A DNA stretch of 64,000 nucleotides from a virus: positions 32,001 to 96,000 of the IMG/VR virus record IMGVR_UViG_3300023179_000026, one strand, 5' to 3'. This document shows, piece after piece, positions 9,914 to 20,074 of this stretch; positions within the stretch are counted from its first letter, which is position 1, and the number at the start of each line of letters is the position of its first letter. Made by a program: the position numbers and the translations under genes. Under the pieces are notes generated by a model. The model was not told the DNA's origin. It saw nothing but the letters and a program-made list of their open reading frames with translations, and did not search any database.

Positions 9914-10337
9914 CGATTATTTCAAAATGTATATTTTTATATTCAGCACTGACATTTAATAAACCTGACAACTTGTTCCATTCCTCTAAACCAATAACCA
10001 TAGGAACATTGTTACAATCTTCATATAGTCCACCTAAATTATCGCCATTTAGTAGAAAAACACCACTTTGTGGTATGGAAAAGTAAAATGTCCAAGATGG
10101 AATAGTATCATTTGTTTTATATTGATTACCAAAACATTTATAAATTTTAGATTGTTTTTTAATTGGAATGGAAATGTCTTCAGGTTGTGCCCTAATTCCT
10201 ATACATTGTAAAATGGTTTCGTAATTGGACTGTTGACTACCTTTGATATCTTCTTCTGCTTTACGATCCAATTTATTACGTCTATAATTTACGTCTGTTT
10301 TTGTAATGTCGTATAATGTTGTACACCGAATCTTCAT
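9894..10337 (-). CDS. Hypothetical protein (start revised to MKIRCTTL)
   Basis: TAAATA at 10343-10348 and a terminator lie between the track start and this ATG. Confidence 0.7.
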   Translation of the reverse strand: MKIRCTTLYDITKTDVNYRRNKLDRKAEEDIKGSQQSNYETILQCIGIRAQPEDISIPIKKQSKIYKCFGNQYKTNDTIPSWTFYFSIPQSGVFLLNGDNLGGLYEDCNNVPMVIGLEEWNKLSGLLNVSAEYKNIHFEIIDEKNTL

Positions 10338-10356
10338 TGCTTTATTTACTAGCAAT

Positions 10357-10383
10357 AAAAAAGCCCCGAAAAAATCGGGGCTT
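10357..10383 (-). terminator. Rho-independent terminator
   Basis: AAGCCCCGA/TCGGGGCTT stem followed by a T-run, downstream of 10416..10814. Confidence 0.85.
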
Positions 10384-10415
10384 AGTGTGCACAATATATT
10401 GTTATATATTATTTA

Positions 10416-10814
10416 TTAGCTAAATGTAGCACCATTTGCAACAGCAATATTAGCTGTAAAGCTGCTGTTAGCTGCTTGAATACCATTGGTGATAGCTGTG
10501 TCTAATGTAGCTGTTGTCCATGCACGTACAGGATAGACACCAATTGCCAATGTATCATCTGTAGCATTTGTGTACTGATACAAATGAATCGTAGCTAACT
10601 GCTCGATTGACTGAAATACTGCTGTAGCATAGTCAGCAATCTGTGAACCATTACCTGTAATTGTAAAAAACTCAAGAGCAGGACCTTGTGGCTGTACGGG
10701 TACACCACTTGTCATTGCATTGACGTTACCACTATTAGTATACGCATTACCCGTATCGTCATCATATACTGCTACGGGTAGAAAATCACCATTAACTCTT
10801 GTAAAACCTGCCAT
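10416..10814 (-). CDS. Probable structural protein (132 aa)
   Basis: Strong AAGGAG RBS, own late motif (10855-10860), own terminator, Ala/Thr/Gly-rich. Confidence 0.7.
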   Translation of the reverse strand: MAGFTRVNGDFLPVAVYDDDTGNAYTNSGNVNAMTSGVPVQPQGPALEFFTITGNGSQIADYATAVFQSIEQLATIHLYQYTNATDDTLAIGVYPVRAWTTATLDTAITNGIQAANSSFTANIAVANGATFS

Positions 10815-10895
10815 TTTTATTCTCCTTAATGTTTTGAACCAAAGGTTCTAATTTTATTTATCAAAGTTATAAAAAAATAGGGTTTTAGTGCAAAA

Positions 10896-11888
10896 CTATG
10901 GTTGTTGTTTCTGTGGGGCAGCAGTTTGACGTTGAAAATCAGCCAAAGATGTTCTAATATCTCTTACTAACACATTGTAGTCAGCAGGGTATTTACGCTT
11001 CATATATATTAACATATTCATTACTGTACTTGTAATTTCTTCTTGTGTATAATAGTTATTACGCATTGCAGTTAATACTCTATCTAACTGAGTTGATCCT
11101 GTGGATGCACCTGCTGAACTTGATGATGGTATACCTTGTGCTATGCCACTTCTTGATCTAGAACCTATCATTTGTGTTCTATAAACATAATCTAACAATT
11201 TTCTTGCTGTTTGGTCAGCTTGAATTGAATTATTTGCTGCATAATTTTGATCAATAGATGCTGCTAGTTGTTTTAGTTCATCATTGTCTAATTTAAAATC
11301 AAGGACTGTTTCAATATATTTGGAAAAAGTGCCTGGATCTGATACTTCTTGTTCATATAAAGCTGATTCTAATAATGCATATAAGTCATCAAACCTGCTT
11401 TCTGTCATACCACGTGCTTGTCTTTGACGTAATAAAGAACTCATGGGCGAGGTGTAGTCGCCTGTGGGAAGTTTACCACGTACCATATCAGCTTGTGCTC
11501 TTTTTGCAGCAGCATCACGTTTTGCATCATATCCTGCTATGGATGTAGGCGCAGCTCTTAAATTAGGGGTTGGTAAAGTATTTTGTGCGGAACGTTGTTG
11601 TGCTTGTCTTTGCTGTGCTGTACGTTGTGGCACTGTTTGTTGCGTTGTAGCTGTACCTTGTGTAGCAGTTGGTGTGGTTTGTTGAGGTTGCTGCTTTAAA
11701 GATGCCATGTATGTTGGGTCAGAAGCACGTTGTTGTTTTGCCCATTCAGGATATGCATTTAAAGCAGCATCAATTTTTGCTTTTATGGAAGCTTCTGCCC
11801 TTTTTGTAGGATCAGTATTACGATAATCCATTGCTCTACGTAATGGATTAAATACTGCCCCTAAATCTGCTTCATTAACTTTGCTCAT
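10896..11888 (-). CDS. Hypothetical Gln/Thr-rich protein, probably virion-internal
   Basis: 330 aa ORF with VNE/TE-type motifs and low-complexity linkers. Confidence 0.7.
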   Translation of the reverse strand: MSKVNEADLGAVFNPLRRAMDYRNTDPTKRAEASIKAKIDAALNAYPEWAKQQRASDPTYMASLKQQPQQTTPTATQGTATTQQTVPQRTAQQRQAQQRSAQNTLPTPNLRAAPTSIAGYDAKRDAAAKRAQADMVRGKLPTGDYTSPMSSLLRQRQARGMTESRFDDLYALLESALYEQEVSDPGTFSKYIETVLDFKLDNDELKQLAASIDQNYAANNSIQADQTARKLLDYVYRTQMIGSRSRSGIAQGIPSSSSAGASTGSTQLDRVLTAMRNNYYTQEEITSTVMNMLIYMKRKYPADYNVLVRDIRTSLADFQRQTAAPQKQQP

Positions 11889-12126
11889 TAGTATTCTTTC
11901 TTAAACTACGTGCAAACTTTTTACTGTCTCTATTCTTTATAGCAAATAATAGTTTACGTTCTAAAATTTCAGCTTGTTCAGGTGTAAAATTACGTTGTAT
12001 TACTTCTAACAAATGTATTGCGCTAGTAATAATACTATTGGCACGACTTTCAATGATGTATTTTGTATCACGATTTTGCGCCAACGTTTCTAATTCTTCT
12101 AATAAACTGCGAGTCTTTTTTTCCAT
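11875..12126 (-). CDS. Hypothetical protein
   Basis: 83 aa ORF preceded by TAAATA at 12135-12140. Confidence 0.75.
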   Translation of the reverse strand: MEKKTRSLLEELETLAQNRDTKYIIESRANSIITSAIHLLEVIQRNFTPEQAEILERKLLFAIKNRDSKKFARSLRKNTNEQS

Positions 12127-12160
12127 GATATGTATATTTATCAGGATTGTTACAGTATTG

Positions 12161-13552
12161 TTAACTTCCGTTTCTTATTTGAGCTAACATCTGCTTTACT
12201 TTATTACTTTGTACGTCAGCTACCACTTTGGGTTCATTATCTTCGTTATTATTGATTACTTGACTATTTGATTTAATCTTACTCAATATAGACGAACCCG
12301 TCATTACTTCAGGTGTATTATCGTCGCTGCTATCGTCGAATATCTTTAGTGTTTCTTTGTTAAACGATAAGTCTACTTTAGTGCCTACACCTGAACTACT
12401 ACGTGTTTTCATCAACTGTAACTGATACTTACCTTTATCACGCATATTTCTACTTGTGAAAATACCAAACACATTGTCAGCCGTATTAATTTTACTAATG
12501 CCACCACTGATGTGACTATGGTCAAATTCACTTTCTTCTACTGCACTACGATTTAATTGTGAAGCAGTAACAAACAATGCGTTTAATTCTTTTGCTAAAT
12601 TGCGTAATTCTTCACTTACATATTTGTCCTTGACAAACAAATCACTTGGACTGACTTTAGCTGAAACAGGCATCATTAAATCAAGATAGTCAACACATAT
12701 AAAATCTAGTTTTGTATCAGTCTGTATTTGTAATTCTTTGCAGTAGGCACGTAAATCGTTTACGGTGCTTTGGGCTGGCATGTATTTGACACGTAGCTTA
12801 CCTGCTTTTTTCTGCACTATTTTTACTTTTAGTTCAACATCGTCCAAATGTTTCCATACATCGTTAGTTGGTATATCAGTTACCATGCCATCCATGCGCC
12901 AAGAACATAGTTCTTCACTTAATTCTAGCGTAACATATACACCATTTAAACCCATTGTAGACCATGTTACAGCTAAGTTTTGCATGAATAATGATTTACC
13001 TGAACCACTTCCACCCAAGAATAATTGTAATTCACCACGGTTGAATCCACCATACAAGCGTTTATCAAGTATAGGCCAACCTGTAGTGATTTGACCATTC
13101 TTAGCCTTAATAGCTAATAAGCGACCACGTGGATCATCAAAATAATCAATACCCATATCCTTAGTTAAACTAATTTGTACTGCATCTTTGATTAGTTTTT
13201 CTACAGGATCGTAGTTACCTTTTTCAAGCAAGTCTGCGCTTTTTAAAATAGCACGTTCTAATTCTTGTTTACGAGTGAATTTTTCAAACTCATCTAAAAA
13301 CCATTCTACGTCCTGATCACGTAAATCATTAATCACATTAAGCTGCATGTTAGTAACAACACGAATTTGCTCAACATCAGGTACACCATTATACTTTTGT
13401 GCAAACTCCAACATAAATTGGACAACAGGACGCAACTTTTTACTAAAATTGTCTGCATTCAAAATGTTTTGCACCCTGATAAACAAATGATGTTCAGTTA
13501 GCATCATGTTGATAAACAAGGTTTGTACATCTTCGGTATATTCTATTTTCAC
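12161..13552 (-). CDS. DnaB/gp41-like replicative helicase
   Basis: Walker A GGSGSGKS, VTLEL, ICVDYLDL, TASQLNRS, GGISKINTAD. Confidence 0.95.
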   Translation of the reverse strand: MKIEYTEDVQTLFINMMLTEHHLFIRVQNILNADNFSKKLRPVVQFMLEFAQKYNGVPDVEQIRVVTNMQLNVINDLRDQDVEWFLDEFEKFTRKQELERAILKSADLLEKGNYDPVEKLIKDAVQISLTKDMGIDYFDDPRGRLLAIKAKNGQITTGWPILDKRLYGGFNRGELQLFLGGSGSGKSLFMQNLAVTWSTMGLNGVYVTLELSEELCSWRMDGMVTDIPTNDVWKHLDDVELKVKIVQKKAGKLRVKYMPAQSTVNDLRAYCKELQIQTDTKLDFICVDYLDLMMPVSAKVSPSDLFVKDKYVSEELRNLAKELNALFVTASQLNRSAVEESEFDHSHISGGISKINTADNVFGIFTSRNMRDKGKYQLQLMKTRSSSGVGTKVDLSFNKETLKIFDDSSDDNTPEVMTGSSILSKIKSNSQVINNNEDNEPKVVADVQSNKVKQMLAQIRNGS

Positions 13553-14532
13553 AATATTTTATCTTTATAAATTTTTAACTTTGCTTTGCTTATAGTGGCA
13601 TGCTGTATAATACTTAATAACGTGGGTAATCTTCCATATTTTATCACTGCATCATTAACATCTTTAATGTGACTATCCCAAGTTGGTGGTATGCTTACAC
13701 TATAACCATAATCCAATGCTGCGTTGATACCTTTTAAACCTGCTGCATCACGATCAGGAACATAAATTACTCTACGTTTTAATTTGTCAATTAGCCAAGT
13801 TTGTTTCTCGCTTACTTCGTTTGACATAATAGCACATCCACCTATAGCTAATGCATCAAATTGCCCCTCCACTAAAATACAAATTTCCCAATTGGGTTGT
13901 TGTGCATCTAAATTAAATACATAACCTGATTGCTGTGTGGATACGTACTTAGGTTTTTTATCATCGTAAAATCTACTTGTATATCCCACAATCCTACCAT
14001 TTAGATAGTAGGGCAAAATAATACGATCTGCATCACGCCCCTCATCATGTGGCGTTACCATGAAATCATAATCATCATAATTAAAACCACGTTGTTTTAG
14101 TATATCAATAAACCTAGTATGCTCTGTATTAGTAGGATCAAGTAACTTAGCACCTTTAGGCAATGCCATATCTTTAAAGATAAGTTCTTTTTCTACTTTT
14201 GGAGCAATAAGTGATGCTGTATCACGTAACTTTAATGCTTCTAGCGATAATTCCTTGATTTCATCATCAGTCATACCCATCCAAGATAAAAATTTCTTGA
14301 AATGTTCAGTAAGCACTTTGCCAACAGAATAACCACACTTAAAGTTACAATTAAAGCAAGAGTAATTTAATTTATCATCGCCTGATACAATTAATCCACC
14401 ACGCATCCTAGTATCAGTACGATGCCCACGATGATGACAACATACAGCATTGGCAGAAATCCATCCACCACCTGTACGTTTGTGCTTTCTATTGCACCAA
14501 TAACTTAGTGTTTTATCAATAATTGTATTCAT
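13549..14532 (-). CDS. DNA primase (gp61-like)
   Basis: N-terminal Cys/His zinc domain (CCHH...CFNC), TOPRIM VEGQFDA and PDRDAAG, KDVNDA. Confidence 0.93.
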   Translation of the reverse strand: MNTIIDKTLSYWCNRKHKRTGGGWISANAVCCHHRGHRTDTRMRGGLIVSGDDKLNYSCFNCNFKCGYSVGKVLTEHFKKFLSWMGMTDDEIKELSLEALKLRDTASLIAPKVEKELIFKDMALPKGAKLLDPTNTEHTRFIDILKQRGFNYDDYDFMVTPHDEGRDADRIILPYYLNGRIVGYTSRFYDDKKPKYVSTQQSGYVFNLDAQQPNWEICILVEGQFDALAIGGCAIMSNEVSEKQTWLIDKLKRRVIYVPDRDAAGLKGINAALDYGYSVSIPPTWDSHIKDVNDAVIKYGRLPTLLSIIQHATISKAKLKIYKDKIL

Positions 14533-14584
14533 GTGCCAATCAATTATAGCACAAATTAATAACTACTCTATCGTATTGGATAAC

Positions 14585-15466
14585 TTATCTTGCAAGAATC
14601 GAAACTACATCACCCTTTAAATATTGCTGATTAGTCTCAGGAGGTCCGCTGCCATAATTTTGTATAGCCAAACGTACATAAGGATGATAACCTGTAATCG
14701 TTGTTCCCACCGTTAAAGTTTCACCTGTTGGGTACGGTAGCGCATTAGCGTTGCCATAAACCACTACATTGCCTATATTATACGGACGAGTAAAGTCAGC
14801 AATGTTACTACCTTCGATAGTGATATTACCACAGAATTCTTCAATACGATATTGGATGGTCAAGTATTGTGCATCTTCATTTTTTATTTCGCTACTATAA
14901 TAAGTTTTTATTTGAGGTTGCGTACTATTACCACCTTGCATAGCATTGCCTTGTGTGGGTCTAGGATGCGTAGGAATGGTTACATCAAGTGCAGGGATTA
15001 CTCTAGGAAATATACTATCAACTACTATTAAATTACCACGTGCTGAACCACTAGCATTAACATACACCGCCGCCCCAGGTGTCTGCGGATTAACCTCAGG
15101 TACATCGCTTATTTCAACAGAATAAAAGCAATATTGAGGTTGAATAATGTCTACCTCATCAGCAGTCATTTCTAAATTAAAAATACCTGTTATAGGTAAA
15201 TTTGGAGTGAGTTGTTTAGTTAGTATTAATTCTGTACCATTATTATTGATTACACGGAAATACAAATACTTTCCTACTAAATTTACAGGTTTTTGATCTT
15301 GGTTAATAAACGCAAATTCAAGTAAATTATCTACACCACGATTTAACATTAAGTCTTTAGCGTACACGATACTATATCTCCTTGTAGCAATATTTCCTGC
15401 GGCACTTAATAAAACCACATATTGTCTTTGATTATATAAATACATTTGCGTTTGGTATGCAGCCAC
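14585..15466 (-). CDS. Hypothetical protein, probably structural
   Basis: 293 aa beta-rich ORF, GTG start, TAAATA at 15486-15491. Confidence 0.7.
   Translation of the reverse strand: MAAYQTQMYLYNQRQYVVLLSAAGNIATRRYSIVYAKDLMLNRGVDNLLEFAFINQDQKPVNLVGKYLYFRVINNNGTELILTKQLTPNLPITGIFNLEMTADEVDIIQPQYCFYSVEISDVPEVNPQTPGAAVYVNASGSARGNLIVVDSIFPRVIPALDVTIPTHPRPTQGNAMQGGNSTQPQIKTYYSSEIKNEDAQYLTIQYRIEEFCGNITIEGSNIADFTRPYNIGNVVVYGNANALPYPTGETLTVGTTITGYHPYVRLAIQNYGSGPPETNQQYLKGDVVSILAR
15435..15442 (+). promoter_or_regulatory. T4-type late promoter for the + strand gene
   Basis: Exact TATAAATA about 50 nt upstream of ATG 15491. Confidence 0.65.
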
Positions 15467-15490
15467 GTGAATATCCTTTATTTTGTATTT

Positions 15491-15865
15491 ATGTCATCAG
15501 ATTTTTTAACTAAATTGAGTTCTAATCATCCATTCATAACCGTGTGTTCTTATGCAGGGCAAGAATACATCGGTGTTATACAAAATCGTGATGATGATGT
15601 AACTACCTTTTACGATTATGGGGCAATCATTCATCAAGAACTTAAACAATTATTCTTAGAACTTGGTGATGTATGGTGGTGGGAAAGTAATCGACTTATA
15701 CCTATTAATATCTTTCTTAAAGATGAATGGCACCCATTTAAGCCATATCTGCGAACTTTTAACAATAAATCATTAACAATAATTCACGGTCCTACCACAA
15801 GCATTAGCGAACTAAGCAAACGTCGAGTAAAGCGTAGAAGTATTACTTTGGTCAAACGCATGTAA
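15491..15865 (+). CDS. Hypothetical protein (124 aa), one of two + strand genes
   Basis: Fills the gap between divergent and convergent minus genes; protein-like composition; ATG at 15491. Confidence 0.8.
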   Translation: MSSDFLTKLSSNHPFITVCSYAGQEYIGVIQNRDDDVTTFYDYGAIIHQELKQLFLELGDVWWWESNRLIPINIFLKDEWHPFKPYLRTFNNKSLTIIHGPTTSISELSKRRVKRRSITLVKRM

Positions 15866-16438
15866 ACCTAATTCTGAAATTAAGTTCATGTGCACCACTA
15901 CCAAGTGCGCATAGCTTATCGAATGACTTTTCTTAAATGAATAACCATCTTGTACGCTACGATCCCACACGGTTAAACTAACATCTTTCCAAGTTTTACC
16001 AATCAAGTGTCTTTTGGCAGGTCTGATAACAGCAAGAAACATAGCCATACGTGCCACACTATTAATAGGTTCAGTCATTTTCTTCATCGTATCATAATGT
16101 TCACCAATATGAATTAACGCTTGGAAAAATTCTTTGTCATGCAATTTAGCCCAATCAGGCTCACGCATTAATTCAAGTAAATGCTGCTCATTACGTACAT
16201 GTTTGTATACCCATACATTTAATAAATCAAGCTTCATATAATTTCTATCTTCAGCCGTTTTATATTCTAGTGCTGCCCAATCATTGATAGGATCATACGG
16301 AATATCCGTTACATAAATACCTGTAGGATGTTTCTTAACACCATCCATTGTTTTCATATGTGCTGAAACAAATTTAATATGCTGTAAAATTTCACTACGA
16401 TCAGCAAAATCTATATCAATATCACTATCAAATTTCAT
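15812..16438 (-). CDS. Miniature DNA polymerase III alpha (DnaE)-like protein
   Basis: DIDIDF, HPTGIYV, KLDLLNV, AVIRP and GYSFKKSH align with DnaE PDIDIDF, HAAGVVI, KFDFLGL, ALYRPG and YGFNKSH. Confidence 0.8.
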   Translation of the reverse strand: MKFDSDIDIDFADRSEILQHIKFVSAHMKTMDGVKKHPTGIYVTDIPYDPINDWAALEYKTAEDRNYMKLDLLNVWVYKHVRNEQHLLELMREPDWAKLHDKEFFQALIHIGEHYDTMKKMTEPINSVARMAMFLAVIRPAKRHLIGKTWKDVSLTVWDRSVQDGYSFKKSHSISYAHLVVVHMNLISELGLHAFDQSNTSTLYSTFA

Positions 16439-17115
16439 AGACTAATAGACTCCAACATACTTTTAATATCTTCTGCTATGTTTTTTTGTCTTGCAATTTT
16501 AACACTCCATATATCAGGATTGATATAATCAAAAATTAACTTAATTTGATCTTGGTTAAGTTTTGCTATAAAGTTAGTGCCTTCTTTTGATTGATATAAA
16601 AACCATGGGCTTAAATTACCGTTTACAATATAGTGACACAATTTATTATGATTTAAAAACTTAAACGAATCACGTATTTGTAGATTTTGTTCATTACATA
16701 ATTCTGATAAACACTCAATGCTACGTTTTACTGCGTCATATGGGTCTTCTAACTTAAGATATTCAATTAAAAATTTTGTGTAATGTACGTCACTATTCCA
16801 ATGATCCACAACAACTTTATGTGATACTAGAAAATCAATATACCGTGGAATGTTAATAACTTTATTGCTTAAACAATAGTTGGCAAATTTAACAAATGCT
16901 GTATAAAAAGGGCTATGAATGAAATCAATATATTCGATATTCTTTTTATTAGGATGATTTTTTTGGTGATATGTTTTAAAAGCATTATGTGCAAATCGAT
17001 TAGTTTGCGTTTCACGATCATTCCATCGACGTTTAGGTTCGCACAAGTGAGTAAGCATAGTGCTTTCACGAATAAACTTTCTTTTGCAAAATTCACATTG
17101 ATTACTAGTTTCCAT
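16435..17115 (-). CDS. Hypothetical protein with N-terminal zinc finger
   Basis: CEFC...HLC motif. Confidence 0.75.
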   Translation of the reverse strand: METSNQCEFCKRKFIRESTMLTHLCEPKRRWNDRETQTNRFAHNAFKTYHQKNHPNKKNIEYIDFIHSPFYTAFVKFANYCLSNKVINIPRYIDFLVSHKVVVDHWNSDVHYTKFLIEYLKLEDPYDAVKRSIECLSELCNEQNLQIRDSFKFLNHNKLCHYIVNGNLSPWFLYQSKEGTNFIAKLNQDQIKLIFDYINPDIWSVKIARQKNIAEDIKSMLESISL

Positions 17116-17677
17116 ATTGCTTTTCGTATTCATCTAATTCCTGATCAGTGACCATAGAACTTAAATATTCTATATCACGTATTTTCATAAGTGGGTATAA
17201 TTTAGCTAAACGATGCCGTTTATGTTGTATTTCAATAAACTCTTCGCTTGCTTCTTTAGCTACATCATCAGTGATATTATATATCTTCTTAAAATATTCT
17301 GCTACTTCTTTTTTATTAGCGGCAACTTTTAATTCACCAATACGTTGATTCAAATGTGGGATATATTGGTGAAATTGTTTACCTGTATTAGGGCTAACAG
17401 CACATAACATCAACCATTGTAATTTTGGATGCCGTTGAATATATTCATTAAACATGTGTTTATTGGCAAATTCTTCAGTAGCAAGCACATAATACTTACC
17501 TAGCTCACCTGTTTTTTTAATCGAACTTATCCAATGCAACATCATGTAAGGAACAAATTTCTTTTGTTGTTCCTCAGTTAGTCGATCATAATACCCATAA
17601 TCTTTTTTGTCTAACGCATCTAAAGCACCAAACAAATCAAAATCAACATGCTGTAATTTAAGATCAGAATCCTTCAT
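17105..17677 (-). CDS. Possible clamp-loader small subunit (gp62-like)
   Basis: Size, helical pattern (FDLF...PYMM...W...ANKH...Q), replication-block context; weak recognition. Confidence 0.45.
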   Translation of the reverse strand: MKDSDLKLQHVDFDLFGALDALDKKDYGYYDRLTEEQQKKFVPYMMLHWISSIKKTGELGKYYVLATEEFANKHMFNEYIQRHPKLQWLMLCAVSPNTGKQFHQYIPHLNQRIGELKVAANKKEVAEYFKKIYNITDDVAKEASEEFIEIQHKRHRLAKLYPLMKIRDIEYLSSMVTDQELDEYEKQYGN

Positions 17678-17915
17678 TTGCACCTAATGATAATGTAAGT
17701 AGTGTCATTTCTTCATCACTACTGACAACATAATAAAAAGTTTCTAAGTACATATCTTGAGTAACCCTAAAAGTAGTAACGATTGTTTTACCTGTTTTCA
17801 TTTTATACCAATCTTTGGTTGTTTTACAGGTTAAAATGAGGTCAGGGTCATCTATACATGCTATTTCAAAGTCTTTTTTGATCCTATGGTATTCATGCCT
17901 AGGTAATTCAAACAT
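17664..17915 (-). CDS. Hypothetical protein
   Basis: 83 aa, overlapping operon neighbours. Confidence 0.65.
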   Translation of the reverse strand: MFELPRHEYHRIKKDFEIACIDDPDLILTCKTTKDWYKMKTGKTIVTTFRVTQDMYLETFYYVVSSDEEMTLLTLSLGANEGF

Positions 17916-18111
17916 CTTTACACAATTCTCTAAACATTTTTTTACGTCCTTCCACGCTTAAGGATTCATCAAATATTTCTGTAGTACGCTGCAACATAGC
18001 ACAAGCTAACATAAGTTTATCATTATTGTTTTCAGTCATGTTTATTGCTGTATCAATAATAACCATCAAGTTAGACATTTTCATTTCAATAGGGTCGATA
18101 TATTTGCTCAT
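17908..18111 (-). CDS. Hypothetical protein
   Basis: 67 aa, coupled start/stop. Confidence 0.7.
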   Translation of the reverse strand: MSKYIDPIEMKMSNLMVIIDTAINMTENNNDKLMLACAMLQRTTEIFDESLSVEGRKKMFRELCKDV

Positions 18112-18611
18112 TAAAACACCTGTTTATAATCTACGATTTCACAATTACGGCTAATTTCTTTAACAAAATAGATACAACGTGGTTTTTCACCATCATCTAT
18201 TGGCACACAAAGAAACTGTCCGTTTTTTAATCTTGGTGCATACCATGTAACATCATGGTATATATCTATAATTTCTATATCTAAAAATGTTGGTCTAAAG
18301 CCACTTAGTGGATTGAATTGGTATGCTTTAAAACCACGATCATTAATGCTTGTTAATGGCACTGTTTCAAGATCGCCAAACTCAGGTTCACCAATAAGTA
18401 TTTGCCAATCTAGTGGCATTTTGATGATTTGATCTGCTATACGTAAAACAAGAGCAGGACTATTAAATGATTCTAAAAAAATAAGTGGGATAAAGAAATA
18501 ATCAACTGCGCTAGGGTTGCTATTATCTAATATAGCAAACCTTAAGTCATCAATTTCTTCAGGTAAATTTTCTAGATTAAATTTTGTATCATCTAGTAAT
18601 AGTATATTCAT
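18111..18611 (-). CDS. Hypothetical protein, possibly degenerate Hint fold
   Basis: All-beta pattern resembling Hint blocks; coupled to the helicase stop. Confidence 0.6.
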   Translation of the reverse strand: MNILLLDDTKFNLENLPEEIDDLRFAILDNSNPSAVDYFFIPLIFLESFNSPALVLRIADQIIKMPLDWQILIGEPEFGDLETVPLTSINDRGFKAYQFNPLSGFRPTFLDIEIIDIYHDVTWYAPRLKNGQFLCVPIDDGEKPRCIYFVKEISRNCEIVDYKQVF

Positions 18612-20065
18612 TTATAATTCAACTTTTCCATTGTAAAAGGATAATTAGCTTCTTTGTAAAAAGTTTTTCGCTGTGTCAAATGACGTTTTGAAAATTTACA
18701 ACTTGAAGTAATATCATATATTTGCACAAAGTCTTTATCGTCTGCTTTACGTAATCCACGCCCTATACTTTGTATGACACGTACGAAACTCTTGCCTGGC
18801 TCGATAAAAACTAAGTTAAAAATTCTTGGGATATTAATACCTACTGCTGCTACACCATAAGTTGCCACAATAATTTTCTCATCCTGTATTGCAACATCTG
18901 CATATTCTTCTTTACGTTTTTTATTACTTGTTGTACCACTAACGAATACTGAGTTAGGTAAACGTTTTACTAACTCTTTCCCTGCAGTAATACGGTCTAC
19001 CAATACTAGAGTATTACCACTTTCTTTTACTTTGTCAATAATATTAGCTATTGTATCTAACCTATTTTCTTGTTCTAGTAAATATTTTAACTCACTTTGA
19101 TAATTATTAAACTCTGCATGGTCTTGCAATTGAACTACGTGCACATGACAATTTGCCAATACGCCACGATCCTGCAAATCAGTTGCAGCTAGTTTATTAA
19201 TAACAGGTCCAATACACGTTAACAATGCCTCTGACGCAAACTTTTCTTTTGGTACTGTACCTGTCAATCCCCATCTTATAGCTATTTTAGACATAGACCC
19301 GCTTAACATTGATTTAAGCACATCTGCTTTAGCCATGTGACATTCATCAATAACCAATGCCACAACATCTTGTATAAACTCTTCTATGGTAATGTCACCA
19401 ATACCATCTTGAGTATTTTTAATAATATTGTTTAAGCTTTGCCAAGTTACAATTGTATGAGTGTGACCAAGTTCTTTTCTGTCACCAAAATATACACCAA
19501 CATCTAAATTTAAGTTTTTATAATCTTCTTCAGTTTGCGTCACTAATGACTTGTTTGGGACAATAACCAACGTCCTCCCAAATGCCTCGCAGCTATGGCT
19601 TAATGCTGCTGTAATCAACGTTTTACCTGCTCCTGTGGCAATCTCTTGTACACATTGTTGATTAGCTAGAAACTGATTAATGATATCAATTTGGTAGTCA
19701 CGCAATACAACAGGCTCACCTGCTTTAGGATGACTTACAGGCCATGCATGATGTGAAAAGGTTTTTTCAGTGACACTGTTAAAAGTGTATGATTGATTGT
19801 AGTCACGTATATCATCAAGCTCAATATCATAACCACGTTGCTCAAGATAAGGAACAATTTGATCAAGTAGATTGATATATGTACCACCACCTAATTGAAA
19901 ATATGATACTTTACCGTTCCATCGACCAAGCTTAACCATAGGCATAAACCTAGCCCCAGGAATCTCATATTCAAACTGTTTAACTAATTTTTTTCTGTCA
20001 TCAAGGTGAAGTCCTTCTATTTTAACATTGACTTCATCTTTTACTATAATTTTGGCTATTGGCAT
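18608..20065 (-). CDS. uvsW: SF2 DNA helicase, UvsW-like
   Basis: LRDYQ, ATGAGKT, IDECH, GLTGT, QSIGRGLR. Confidence 0.9.
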   Translation of the reverse strand: MPIAKIIVKDEVNVKIEGLHLDDRKKLVKQFEYEIPGARFMPMVKLGRWNGKVSYFQLGGGTYINLLDQIVPYLEQRGYDIELDDIRDYNQSYTFNSVTEKTFSHHAWPVSHPKAGEPVVLRDYQIDIINQFLANQQCVQEIATGAGKTLITAALSHSCEAFGRTLVIVPNKSLVTQTEEDYKNLNLDVGVYFGDRKELGHTHTIVTWQSLNNIIKNTQDGIGDITIEEFIQDVVALVIDECHMAKADVLKSMLSGSMSKIAIRWGLTGTVPKEKFASEALLTCIGPVINKLAATDLQDRGVLANCHVHVVQLQDHAEFNNYQSELKYLLEQENRLDTIANIIDKVKESGNTLVLVDRITAGKELVKRLPNSVFVSGTTSNKKRKEEYADVAIQDEKIIVATYGVAAVGINIPRIFNLVFIEPGKSFVRVIQSIGRGLRKADDKDFVQIYDITSSCKFSKRHLTQRKTFYKEANYPFTMEKLNYK

Positions 20066-20074
20066 GGGTCTATA

